Source: Octopus vulgaris | Taxonomy: Eukaryota | Assembly (NCBI GenBank): GCA_951406725.2 | Contig: OX597834.1 | Coordinates: 12,586,001 to 12,650,000 of the forward strand | Length of the DNA: 64,000 nucleotides | Direction of reading: 5' to 3' | In this document: in pieces, positions 25,700-38,742 of the stretch | Layout of the letters: each line of letters opens with the position of its first letter | Position numbering within the stretch: the stretch's first letter is position 1 | The notes under the pieces: generated by a model | Database searches by the model: none | The model's input: the letters and a program-made list of their open reading frames with translations, nothing else | What the model was told of the DNA's origin: nothing | Position numbers and translations under genes: made by a program

Positions 25700-25915
25700 A
25701 GCACATGGTTCCAGGTTCAGTCCCACTGCGTGGCAAATTGGGCAAGTGTCTTCTACTATAGCATCAGCCCGACCAAAGCCTTGTGAGTGAATTTGGTAGA
25801 GGGAAACTGAAAGAAGCCCGTCATATATATACCGGAGCAAACACACAAATGTGAAACAAGGTGGAAAAAAGAGTACTCAAATACCAGAGGCAGAGTAATA
25901 TGCTTTATTTAAAAG

Positions 25916-26006
<91 letters not shown>

Positions 26007-26225
26007 ATGCATGTGTGTCTATATGTTAGTCTGTGTGTCTGTGTTTGTCCCCCCAACATCGCTTGACAACCGATGCTGGTGTGATTATGTCCCCGTAACC
26101 TAGTGGTTCGGTAAAACACAGAATAAGTACTAGGCTTACAAAGAATAAGTCCTGGGGTGGGGTCGATTTACTTGACTAAATGCGGTGCTCCAGCATGGCC
26201 ACAGTCAAATGGCTGAAACAATTAA
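25700..26225 (+). mobile_element. SINE A, head truncated, with an 85-bp insert in its (TA)n
   Basis: Family A body and tail; insert 25831-25916 is shared with 59690-59790. Confidence 0.85.
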
Positions 26226-27065
26226 AATATAACACACAATAACAAAAACTTCACTATTCAATGCATTCGACATTTCTAATACGTAAGAGTATTATTTGAA
26301 TTGTATATAGCTTTTATTTCTAGCCTGTTGAGTGTCTCCGCTTAAGCTTCATGTTTGGCTCCCATTGTGAATCAGTTAGGTGCAATGTTATTCCACGAAT
26401 TTGCATATCTATTTATTTATTTATATATTTATTTATTTATCTATCTATCTATCTCCAACGTAAACAGAGAGAAGAGAGCAGAACCATAAAATAGAAACTT
26501 AAACAGCCATAACAAAAAAAACAAACAAAAAAAATAAACAAAAAAAGAAATACATAAAAAAAATAAACGAATAACAATACCGACATAAAACAAACCAACA
26601 AACACAGGAAATCTATAAATTATAAATACATTAAAATGAAAGAAAATTTTAAAAAAAACGCATAAAACATAGATTCACTGAATCATGTGATTCTTCATAT
26701 AGTATCAGGCATAAAGATAGAATTTTTAAATGAAGCAAAATAACACAAACCCAAAGAAAAACAAAAAGCCAAAAATATAGTTGTGTGGGGGATTCAGTTT
26801 TAAAAATCCCTTTCTGTTATTCCTTTCCACTTCTGCACCCTTTTGTAATGGTGTACAAGATATGCATTTTTCTATTTTTCATGGTTGGTTATTTTTTAAA
26901 AAAATGTTTTGCAACATATGCAATGCAAGATTAACCAATAATGTTTCATATATTTGAACAGAAATAACGAACATCTGTTATCACTCGCTACAACTTTTAA
27001 GTTAATTGGCTTCCAACGGTAAGCATATACGTTCACTCCTATTTTTCCTTCTCTATATCTCTCTA

Positions 27066-27117
<52 letters not shown>

Positions 27118-27870
27118 CACAAACATATATATATATATAATCACACAAACACTCACACGTATGTTTGAGAATATATATCTACAAAGACGTTCATACGCAA
27201 GCTTATGAATTTATGTGTGTATGAATTTATTTAAACACATAAATAGATATGTGCATAATAAATTTTTACATATATATATATATATATATATATACACATC
27301 TATTGAACCATTTGTGTGTTTTCACGAGTATGCATATCGTTATCGATCTCAGATTGCGCGCAGTATAATAAATACTGTGAGTGCGTGTATGTTTGTATGT
27401 ATTGCCAGGAGTGATTCGTATCATGCTAGCCGCTGCCAGACAACAGTTGTCAGAACCACAATACGCAAATACATACGATCATGCCACAATATTTAATTGT
27501 TACATTACAATAACAATTGAATGATGTGGGCCCCGTTGAGCTACCTGGGCCCACATCATTCGATTTATTGATTCCATTCCCACAATTCATTTATCCATTC
27601 ATCATATCTCATTCTGTCAGACCCCTAAGCAATATCGTATTCCTTAGGCCCAGTCTTTCTTTCCAAGGATGACCCCACACTCTGTTTCCGTTTTGTTTTT
27701 CAGGTAAGTATTGAATTATAAATTTCCCAGGGGAATATAAATAGTTGCTGTGACAAATACTAAAAGGCCCTGCGAAATATATGGGTCTCATCCTCTACTC
27801 CAGACAATATAAAAATAAAAAGAAATCGCATAACAGTTGTTATATGTATTACCTATATTCAGATAAACTA

Positions 27871-27937
<67 letters not shown>

Positions 27938-28503
27938 TAGCTTCACTACTATTATAATGTAAATCTTTTTGAACTCATAATATTCTGTACGTGTATACTG
28001 AACATTTTTAATAATTCCTTCTGGAAATTATCTTGAGAATGTATAATATATTTGTTGTAATCTTTTGTGCCCATTATTTCAATGAGCTTGTTAAACTTTT
28101 TTATATTCTCAACATGCCCTTGTCACCAAAGAATGTATATTTATATGGATTGTAGTACTCTGTGTCAACCAATATTCTGTGCATGTTTGAATATACAGAT
28201 CCAATACCAATATCAATTCCTTCTGGAAACTATCTTAAGCATTTCCTTGAGAACGATTATTTATGTAGTAATCTTTTGTGCCCAATATTTTAAGGAACCT
28301 GTTGAATTTTTTTACGTCCTTAACATGTCCCTGTTACCAAAGACTGTATATATGTAATGTAGCAATTTGTAGCAACCAATAATTAACGCAACCAAACTTC
28401 TACATGTTACTTTTAACAATCTTTTCCCAAAGAGTGAAACCGGTAAAGTAGATAAACATATTTTAAATTGCATTTTCAAACATTCTTTCGTATATATATA
28501 TAC

Positions 28504-28550
<47 letters not shown>

Positions 28551-28571
28551 TAGATATCAATATATGTGTGA

Positions 28572-28602
<31 letters not shown>

Positions 28603-28630
28603 GATTGATATCAATATATGTGTGTATATG

Positions 28631-28662
<32 letters not shown>

Positions 28663-29169
28663 CGTATGTATGTATATTCATATATATGTGCATATAAAAA
28701 CATGTGTATATATACATATATATGTATGTGTATATATATGTATGTATGTATGTATATATATATATACATACATACAAACGTAACTTCAATTTAAGATTCA
28801 TTAAATTCCACCAGCACATGAAAATATTACCGTTCTTATAAATTTTGAAAGTAATATACGATTTTCTTTATCTCTATTCTTGTCTTCCATTACCCAATTT
28901 GTCTTCAAGTTGTCCTCTGGCTTAGCGATATTATTGTATTATAATTGCACTTATATCTAAGATTCCTTAGCGGAATTCTAAACCTATCTCGGTTCTTGAC
29001 TGCTACTTGGTTTTTCTATGTCGGTGCGGGCATGACTGTATGGAATGAAGATTCCTCCCCAATTACATTATTTCGCGGCTCATTCCGTTTATGTGGAACC
29101 CTGGACAAGTAACCTTTTCTAAAATTTTGTTTGTGAATGAAATGTTAGACTGTGAATGATTATCATCTT

Positions 29170-29766
29170 TTTCTTTACTACGCACAAGGGGCTAAATACA
29201 GAGAGGACAAACAAGGACAGACACACGAATTAAGTCGATTAAATCGACCCCAGTGCGAAACTGATACTTAATTTAATCGACCCCAAAAGGATCAAATGCA
29301 AAGTCGACCTCGGCGGAATTTGAACTCAGAACGTAGCGCAGACGAAATACCCATTTCTGTACTACTCACAAGGGGTTAAACTCAGAGAGGACAAACAATG
29401 ACAGACACACGGATTAAGTCGAATATATCGACCCCAGTGCATAACTGGCACTTAATTTATCGACCCTGAAAGGATGAAAGACGAAGTCGACCTCGGCGGA
29501 ATTTGAACTCAGAACGTAAAGGCAGACGAAATACCTATTTCTTTACTACCCACAAGGGGCTAAACACAGAGGGGACAAACAAGGACAGACATACGGATTA
29601 AGTCGATTATATCGACCCCAGTGCGTAACTGGTTCTTATTTAATCGACCCCGAAAGGATGAAAGGCAAAGTCGACCTCGGCGGAATTTGAACTCAGAACG
29701 TAGCGGCAGACGAAATACCGCTAAGCATTCCGTTCGGCGTGCTAACGGTTCTGCCAGCTGCCGCCT
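29170..29766 (-). mobile_element. SINE B with three tandem 184-bp units
   Basis: TACTAC marker recurs at 29176, 29360 and 29544; single head at about 29710-29766. Confidence 0.9.
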
Positions 29767-29767
29767 A

Positions 29768-30012
29768 CCATCATCCTAGTCAGGTGTTGCACTATGCGAT
29801 GCTGTGGTCATCACGATGTCCTACCACCTTCTTCTGTCCTCTACTCCATGGACAGCTGAGAATAAAGACAATCTTGTGGCTGCGATTTCTTTAAGCCAAG
29901 AAGTGGGTGGTCTGCCTCTTTTACGTCTGCCGTTCACTTTGCCAGTTATAATCATTTGCTCAAGTCCATCCCGGCGCATGACGTGGCCAAAGAACCGTAG
30001 CTTCCGCTTCAT
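29768..30012 (-). mobile_element. RTE-clade LINE 3' fragment
   Basis: KRKLRFFGHVMRRDGLEQMIITGKVNGRRKRGRPPTSW...DRRRW, the typical RTE ORF C-terminus; (GAT)n-like tail. Confidence 0.85.
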
Positions 30013-30160
30013 GAAAATTTCGCCGAAGCGTCATCTCGCAAACGAGCTTTTCTAGTACCCAGAATGATATGTATCTATATTAATAGTAATAACGAGTATG
30101 AAGACTTGTACATATGGATATTTGTACATCCACAATATTTATTTTATATCTATGTACATA

Positions 30161-30311
30161 GGCGCAGGAGTGGCTGTGTGGTAAGTAGCTTGCTAACCAA
30201 CCACATGGTTTCGGGTTCAGTCCCACTGCGTGGCATCTTGGGCAAGTGTCTTCTACTATAGCCCCGGGCCGACCAATGCCTTGTAAGTGAAAGAAGCCTG
30301 TCGTATATATG

Positions 30312-30364
<53 letters not shown>

Positions 30365-30573
30365 TTGCGTGTCTGTGTTTATCCCTTTAGCATTGCTTGA
30401 CAATCGATGCTGGTGTGTTTACGTCCCCGTCACTCAGCGGGTCGGCAAAAGAGACCGATAGAATAAGTACTGGGCTTACAAAGAATAAGTCCCGGGGTCG
30501 ATTTTGCTCGACTAAAGGCGGTGCTCCAGCATGGCCGCAGTCAAATGACTGAAACTAGTAAAAGAGTAAAAGA
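30161..30573 (+). mobile_element. SINE A with small internal deletion
   Basis: Family A consensus. Confidence 0.9.
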
Positions 30574-30804
30574 CTGTATTAGAATGATCTACATGTGTGT
30601 CTAGTGAGGCGACTGCATATATTTGTAGATGCTTCCTTTCAATATTTTCAGTGCTGTTTTAATCAGAGTCCGTCCATTTGGACTTCCTCGACATGTGTGT
30701 ATGTGTGTGATTGTCTTTGACCTTGTTTTGGTTCTCAACAGTGCTTGACACTCTGCTAATTTACTACGGATCAAACGACAACCGTTGAGTAACCACAAGA
30801 TTTA

Positions 30805-31202
30805 TCTTTATATATAAAAGTGAAGTTGTGTGAGTGTCTGTCTCCTACGATTTAGATTCCTAACTACTCCCACATTTTGCGGTGCAGTTTAACCAAAACC
30901 GGGTATCTTATAGTCGTGATTCATATCGAGCCCTTCTGGGTATCAGCGCGCGTCTACGATGAGTCTACGATATAAAAAAAAAATTACCATAATTTTTTCC
31001 ATTTTAATGCATTTTTCGCTATTATATATGGGAAGTAACTCTCTAAAAATGTCTACGACGAGTCAACGATTTAAAAAAAAATTACCATCATTTGTTTTCC
31101 ATTTTTAATGCTTTTTTTGCTATATTTTGGCTACAACTCTCTAAAAATGCTTATATAGTTATTTCCTTTACAAACCCGAGCAACGCCGGGCGATACTGCT
31201 AG
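30805..31202 (+). mobile_element. Non-autonomous Helitron (family D), intact termini
   Basis: A|TCTTTATATATAAAAG ... CCCGAGCAACGCCGGG-CGATACTG-CTAG|T; no TSD; internal duplication of about 120 bp. Confidence 0.92.
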
Positions 31203-31730
31203 TTATAAATAAATGCGTTGCGATCAATTTGTTTGACAAAACTTCTCAAGCTGTATATATTCCAATATAAGCCGCAGCTCAATTACTAAGCAAGTAAAAT
31301 ATAAATGATAAGGACGAATACAAGGACGAGTTTGAATCCGGCGATATGAAACTTTATCATCGTACATTATCATCTGCAAAATTCTTCACGCATTAACATC
31401 AATTTTTATGCTCTTTCCTGCTCTAATTGACAAGGTGCACTTTAACTGAGATTTATTTCCTTTGCATCTCCGCCTCATCTTTTTCTTTCAGCCAATTTTC
31501 CTCATCATGTGCATGTTGCAGAGATAAATTAGCAACATATTCACTACTGAATCCTACATTCTACGTGTTATCATAGTTGACAATGTATTTGGAATCTCAC
31601 CTCTTTTCACAAAATTCTCATTTTGAAAAAGAACTCAAGACTTTCTGAAGGGCCCCAAAGTATTCTGGTTGTGTGTGTGTCTCTCTCTCTCCCTCTCTCT
31701 ATATATATGAATGTATGTATGTACGTGTAT

Positions 31731-31838
31731 AAACGTAAAAGACTTGTTTTATTTATATTCCTGAGCGCCATACTAATACAATTGTTTGTTTGTATTCCAC
31801 CTGCCTTCGTCTTTTGTTTATTTTCATAAAGCTTCCCG

Positions 31839-31840
<2 letters not shown>
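31731..31840 (+). mobile_element. HH-B 3' half (ribozyme core missing)
   Basis: Begins AAACGTAAAAGACTTG..., otherwise close to 15841-15951; followed by (TA)n. Confidence 0.7.
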
Positions 31841-31886
<46 letters not shown>

Positions 31887-32759
31887 ATATATATATATTT
31901 TATTTTTTCTATATGATATGGTCTATGTGTATCATTGTTTGAATTATATAATAGTGGATTTTCTCTAATATATATAAGTACCAGTTGAGCAATGGAGTCG
32001 CTAAAATCGACTAGACCCCCTCCCAATAAAAATTACAGGACATTACAAGTAAAATATCATAATTATATTAAGTACAAATTCCCGAGTTGTTACAATCTTT
32101 ACCGCGCCTGACAATTTGTTTAGCGCCATTGCTTTCTTCTTTACGCTCTGAGTTCAAATGCCGTCTAAAACGACTTTGCATAAATACATTCTGGCTCGAT
32201 TAATTAAGTATTAGTTGGGCTCTGATGTCGTTATAAACGATTAACCCTTTTGGCTAATATTTCAGTCGTTGTGACAGTAAAAGAAATAATTATTAAACTG
32301 AGCACATATACACTTGAATACATTGTACAAATGATACCTATATTTAACAAACAGAAACCGCCGAAATATCTTTCCATAATCGCCAACATTCATCATCAAA
32401 TTGTATCTTCGTCTTTTATTTCCCAAAATATTGATATTATAATGCAATGACAAGTAACATCTCAGTAACGTTGGCAGGCATTTAAACGTTTGCAAATTCG
32501 TTGAATACTTTATTCTTCAATAATATCATAGCGATTCTAATGTACTGAATCTAAACGGTAACCAGAACGACAGGGGAAATAGGTGAATAGGTAAAAGTTT
32601 CATGGTTAATAGACTCCTTAATAGATTGGTTATTAAATAAATGCCTCTAGAGGTGTTTGACTTTTGTTTAATAACCAGTCGCCATCACATACGGAGTTAT
32701 ATAAACGTAACCAGAATACAAAACAGACGCAAATTCAATTACACTTATACAAATAAACA

Positions 32760-32761
32760 TG

Positions 32762-32806
<45 letters not shown>

Positions 32807-32939
32807 TTATTGAAGTGTGTATTTGTAAATGTTTATATACTTGCATATATAGATGTATGTCTGTATGTGTGTTATATACGTATCTATTGAAGTCTGTATT
32901 TATAAATGTATATATGTTTGCTTATGTATGTATATATAC

Positions 32940-32973
<34 letters not shown>

Positions 32974-33445
32974 GTACATACATATATACATATATAAATT
33001 TATGTACATACATATATATATATACATACATACATACACACATACATATATATACATACATACATACATACATACGTATATATACATACATACATACATA
33101 CATACGTATATATACATATATATATATATATACACATACGTACATATATGTACATACATATATATACATACATACACATATATATATATATATACATATA
33201 TATATGCATACATACATATATACATACATACATACATATGCATACATACATACATATGCATACATATATATACATACATACATATATATATATGTATATA
33301 TATAGATATAAATATATATATATATTTATACATATATATATACATATATATTTATACATATATATATACATATACATATATACATATTTATATATATGTA
33401 TGTATATATATGCGTACGAAATAATGCCCACATATATACACACAT
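32760..33445. repeat. (TA)n/(TACA)n compound microsatellite
   Basis: Directly visible. Confidence 0.95.
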
Positions 33446-34249
33446 ATATGCTTCGCTTGTATGCTTTAAATTAAATTTATTGGCAAACCTGGTCATAGTA
33501 TTAATGAAGATTTTCATGTTGATGATATATCAAAAGGTTGAAGTAACACTATAGAAATTATATATTACTTTCCCGTGACAGTTATCGTGTCGTGTAATTA
33601 ATTTTCTGATGCTTAATGGTTTTTCAACAAATTAATATCTTAAATTATAGCAAGTGGACACTTTCGCTATATGATATGTTGTTTATAAAAGTATCGATTA
33701 TTTTTGTCTACTTTATAATCCGCTTTTGTATGTAGAGTTCTCTTATTTTGATCGATGTTATTTCTATTGGGATCAGTGAATAATTATAATGGATTCATAG
33801 AGTATATTTCACCTGCTGATAATTCATTAAATACATCGATAATTAATATTTATGTCAGACATAATGGCGTTAGTGTTAGCAAATACAATAGGAAGAAAAG
33901 ATAAGTGTTTAAGTGTGATGGGTTTGAAAGAAATTCAGATAAGCAAGTGTAAAACCTTCGGAGAAATTTATTGTGTGATTCACAGAGGTGAACACTTGTT
34001 GGAAAAGGCGGTGTCGAAATTGCTGCCGTCTTCTACTCAAGCCTTTATGTACGAATCGGCATCAATAAACGATGTATAGTTTTGGAAACGAAATGACTGT
34101 AAACCTAATGTATTTGAAACGCTGTTAAGTGTTATCTTAAAATGTGTTACCCAAGAGGTTGGTTGGTGACATCTCTGACGTCTTAGCATCTAACACTGGA
34201 ACCTTCTGTTTGTGTGAGTGTGTGTTTGTGCTGTGCGCGCATCTGCATA

Positions 34250-34304
<55 letters not shown>

Positions 34305-34502
34305 GTGTGTGTGTGTATGTATATATATATATATATATGTATATATATGTATGCATGTATGTGTGTATGTATGTATGTATGTATGTATATATATATATGT
34401 ATGTATATATATATATATATGTATGCATGTATGTGTGTATGTATGTATGTATGTATATATATATATATATATATATACATATTCATATATATATACATAT
34501 TC

Positions 34503-34533
<31 letters not shown>

Positions 34534-34670
34534 CATAGATATACATATATATATATATATACACACAAGTATGTATAATATATATATATATATAAATCTA
34601 TATTTACGTATATATACATATATATATATATATATTTGCATATATATACACACTCACACAGACATATATG
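34250..34670. repeat. (TA)n/(TATG)n compound microsatellite
   Basis: Directly visible. Confidence 0.95.
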
Positions 34671-34971
34671 CATATGTGTGTATGTGGGTACGTGCGTGTC
34701 TGCGTGTGCCCTTGCGAGTGCCTTTATGTATCATATGTATATATGCCAACGTGGTAGCCGTATTGCAAAGTTGAAAGAAGCTGCTTCAAATAGAAATTCT
34801 GCGGATTCATAACGCTCTGAGCTCAAATAGGAAGAGGGTAAGGTAAGACTTTGAAAGTTAGCCTTTCGATAGAACGTTCTCCGAGGATCTATAGAATTAC
34901 CATTTTCTTTCAATGTTATAGGCCTTCTCACTAAATCAAAATGAATAGTTTTGAGCATGAAAATTGGACAT

Positions 34972-35274
34972 ATACTCTTTTATACTCTTTTACTCTTTAA
35001 CTTGTTTCAGTCATTTGACTGCGGCCATGCTGGAGCACAGCCTTTAGTCGAGCAAATCGACCCTGAGCTTATTCTTTGTAAGCCTAGTACTTATTTTATC
35101 GGTCTCTTTTGCCGGCACCTTGGGCAAGTGTCTTCTAATATTGCCTTGGGCCGACCAAAGTCTTGTGAGTGGATTTGGTAGACGGAAACTGAAATGAAGC
35201 CCGTCGTATATAAGTATATATATGTGTCTGTGTTTGTCCCCCCGCCCAACATCGCTTGACAACCGATGCTGGTG
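34972..35274. mobile_element. SINE A with internal inversion
   Basis: Tail on the minus strand (34972-35114) joined to body on the plus strand (35114-35274). Confidence 0.85.
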
Positions 35275-36617
35275 GTAACAATAAACACATCCAATTTGTG
35301 AAATTGCTAAAATTAATAGTAAAACTCATGGAATCAGCCTCGAATGTTATTATAAGCTTAACAAAGAAACATTTTGGATAACATGATTCATAAGGGGTCA
35401 CTGAAACTTGAATGAACAATGTTATGCCCATCTTTTTAGAGCTTTCTATTGCAGCTCATGTTCAGTAGGGTCCCTTTGATGTTATCAACCTCAAATATAA
35501 GTTTAGCATTGTTGACGGGTATTTTACAAAAAACATTATTAAAATGAAATTAACGTTATTGAACATGTTCATTTTAACATTAGCATAATTAATGCAAGCT
35601 TTATTCAGTAATTTACAACAACGATTAGCAGTAATCGTCGGATAGTTTTAAGAGAAGCTCTCAGTAAAAACACAACACTTTGTACATGTAGATTCTGACA
35701 TTCAGAGTTGTCCAGCGGATGATGAGTTATTTCACAAAATATGAATAAACGTCTGTGTGTCCCACTCGTTATCTGCTCACAAATAGGCAATTATAATTAG
35801 AAACCCCACACTGGGGTGGGGGTCACATCTTGCTAATGATATATGGGAATAGTCTACTGTGTTCATTAGTCTTATTGGAAATTCTAGGGTCAGATTAGAG
35901 AGTGACGTGTCTCCAATTTGTTATAGGAGACTTGATCACACAAAGATAAATTATATTTCGTATTGTGCATTGTGTTTCACAACAAATTTCCTAAATTAAC
36001 TCCCTAATACACGTATCGTGTTTATAATTCATTCATTACTGAATTTCATTTAAGAACTTCGCGTTTTCTTGCCTTTGCAAGGGGATATACTGAATATTGT
36101 TGTTTAACTTGATGCATAATATAGCACGAAAAGGGAAAAAATAAAGCACATACATATGAAAACATTCTTGTTTCTCTCTTTCATGATCTACAACCCATTC
36201 TCTCTTTCACTCTCCCACTCTCTTTCTATCTATCTATCTATCTATTTATCCATCTATCTATTTATCTATCTATTTATCTATCTATCTGTCACTCTTTAAC
36301 ACGCGCTTTGTCCTTCCCAGGTGAATACCTGAATACCAACACTACCAGTATAATTATTTTTCTTGTTGATAATCTCCATCTCCATCATGATAAAGAAGAA
36401 GGAATTTTGAAAGACATACAGGCTGTGACCACCGTCTTTCCTTCTAAAATATACATCGCCATATCAACTTGTTACCTTTTTCTCTACTTACTCTCTTACC
36501 TACCTACACGCATAACTATATGCATACATACGTATGTATGTATATCGATAGAAAGATACAGTGAAATATTTAAATGATAGTACACACACACACACATGCA
36601 TATTATATTGTATATAA

Positions 36618-36801
36618 AGTTAATCCAAAAAAGAAAGCGCAAAAAAACACAACGCGAGGACATGGAACAAATATAGTATTATTGGACGCTCAGGAAAGAA
36701 GGAAAGAAGGAGGGTCTAACGTTTCGAGCGGAGCTCTTCGTCGGAAACATAGGAGAAGGAAAGATCCAGAGAGGGGAAGACAGAGGGAAAAAAAATCGCC
36801 A
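36618..36801 (-). mobile_element. Hammerhead-bearing element HH-A, copy 2
   Basis: Minus strand 36714-36748: GTTT-CCGACGA-A-GAGC-TCC-GCTC-GAAA-CGT-T-AGAC. Confidence 0.7.
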
Positions 36802-37143
36802 TTATGTGGTAAGACTTCAATCAAATAGAATTGCACTCGATGAGCTAAGACATTAATGGTCATGTTATAACGAAAACCACAAGATTTGTTAAATACACAT
36901 ACTCAGAGGTTCGTTTTCGTAGCTTTCATAAATACTCTGCACATACATGTACACATACGCTCATGTACATACACAGCACTCACACACACTACACACACGT
37001 GCGCAAACACATAAACATAACTAAATTTTAAAACGCCAAAGAAGGGAAAGAAAGGTGGGTGTGAGGAATACGCAGCTTTAATGAGAGAGGCGGTAGGTGG
37101 CACTTCTGATAACCTTTCAAAAGGAACACTTGTACACCGACCC

Positions 37144-37176
<33 letters not shown>

Positions 37177-37319
37177 AACACACACACACATACATATATA
37201 TATACATATATATGTACATGCATACATATGTCTGTTATACGCCATTTTCAACACGTGATTATCTGTGTGTTCGTTTCTAAATGTGTATGCGTTTGTGTGT
37301 TTGTGTGTGCTTGTATGTG

Positions 37320-37355
<36 letters not shown>

Positions 37356-38276
37356 TGTCTGTCTGTCTGTCTGTCTGAGTGTGTGTGTGTGACGTCCTAT
37401 AACTGTCTGTTTTTCCTACTGCTATCACATAATGTGAAATTTTAAGATGACATCAAAATTTTCAAATTTGGTATATTGAAATAATTTCCCACGTTAAGTC
37501 CGTTATATTTTGTTATTTATCTGCTCCAGACGAAATGCAGAAAAGTGTAACTGAGATGTAAAGTTTAATCAATTTTGCCTAATCAGAAAGCTGGATTTCG
37601 AAGCCAGCATTTCCTGCATGATAGCTGTCTATCACAAAATGAAAACAAAATAATTAGGAGGAGGAAATTTTAAACGAGCGAGAGGAAATCATAATGACGA
37701 CAAAAGTTGTAAGAACTTTTGCAGTTTTAATAAATTTTAATGAATTAAGTCATTTGAAACGGTAGAACAGACAGGTAAATAATTTAAAAAGGAAAAAAAA
37801 AAACCTAAACGAAGGTTTTTTTTGCGGAGAAGGTATTGTCTGCAATAAAATAAACATAAAATTATATAAGAGATTCTAGTGTGGAAATTACTCGTTGACA
37901 ACGGAGCTATTCAGCTGGTAATAAATAAATAACCAGCGGTGGTGCGACAGCATGGCCGCAGCCTTCGGGCTGAAACATTTTTAAGGATTTAAGGATTTTA
38001 CTAAATATATAAACAACTAAAATAAATAAATAAATAAATAAAAGAAAAAAAACAAATAAATAAAAGAAAGAAGGCAACGGTTAAATAAATAAACGCATAA
38101 TGACTACATTCGATGCCAATTCATCGAATGAATTTAATAATTTTATAATTTGTTCAGTTTTGTGCAGGACTAATACAAGATTTTAAGCATAATATTGAAG
38201 TAATTATTACGTCAAATGCAGCACGCATTTGTTAATAGGCATGTGTATATGTGTGTGTTTGTTTGTGTGTGTATAC

Positions 38277-38698
38277 ATCATCATTGTTTAGTTTCCGCTT
38301 TCCATGCTAGCATGGGTTGGGCGGTTCAACTGGGGTCTGGGAAGCCAGAAGGCTTCATCAGGCTCCAGTCTGATCTGGCAGTGTTTCTACGGCTGGATGC
38401 CCTTTCTAACGCCAACCACTCCGTGAGTGTAGTGGGTGCTTTTTTTACGTGCCACCGACACAGGTGCCAGACGAGGCTGGCAAACGGCCACAATCGGATG
38501 GTGCATTTTACGTGCCACCGGCACGGGGGCCGGGCGAGGCTGGCAAACGGCCACGACCGGTTGGTGCATTTTACGTGCCACCGGCACGGAGGCCAGACGG
38601 GGCGGCGCTGGCAACGGTCACGTTCGGATGGGTCTCTTACGTGTCCATGGCACTGTTATCACAGCTACAATTTCCATTGATGTTGATCGATTTCGATT
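38277..38698 (-). mobile_element. GC-rich SINE-like element (family E) with 63-bp internal tandem repeats
   Basis: (GAT)n tail on the minus strand; GGCTGGATGCCCTTTCTAACGCCAACC motif common in SINE 3' parts; TACGTG marker at 38446, 38509, 38572 and 38638. Confidence 0.65.
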
Positions 38699-38699
38699 C

Positions 38700-38742
<43 letters not shown>

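Noticed and set aside
29170-29766. Regular repeats resembling a CRISPR array
   Set aside because: Full 184-bp tandem units without unique spacers, eukaryotic context, no cas genes.
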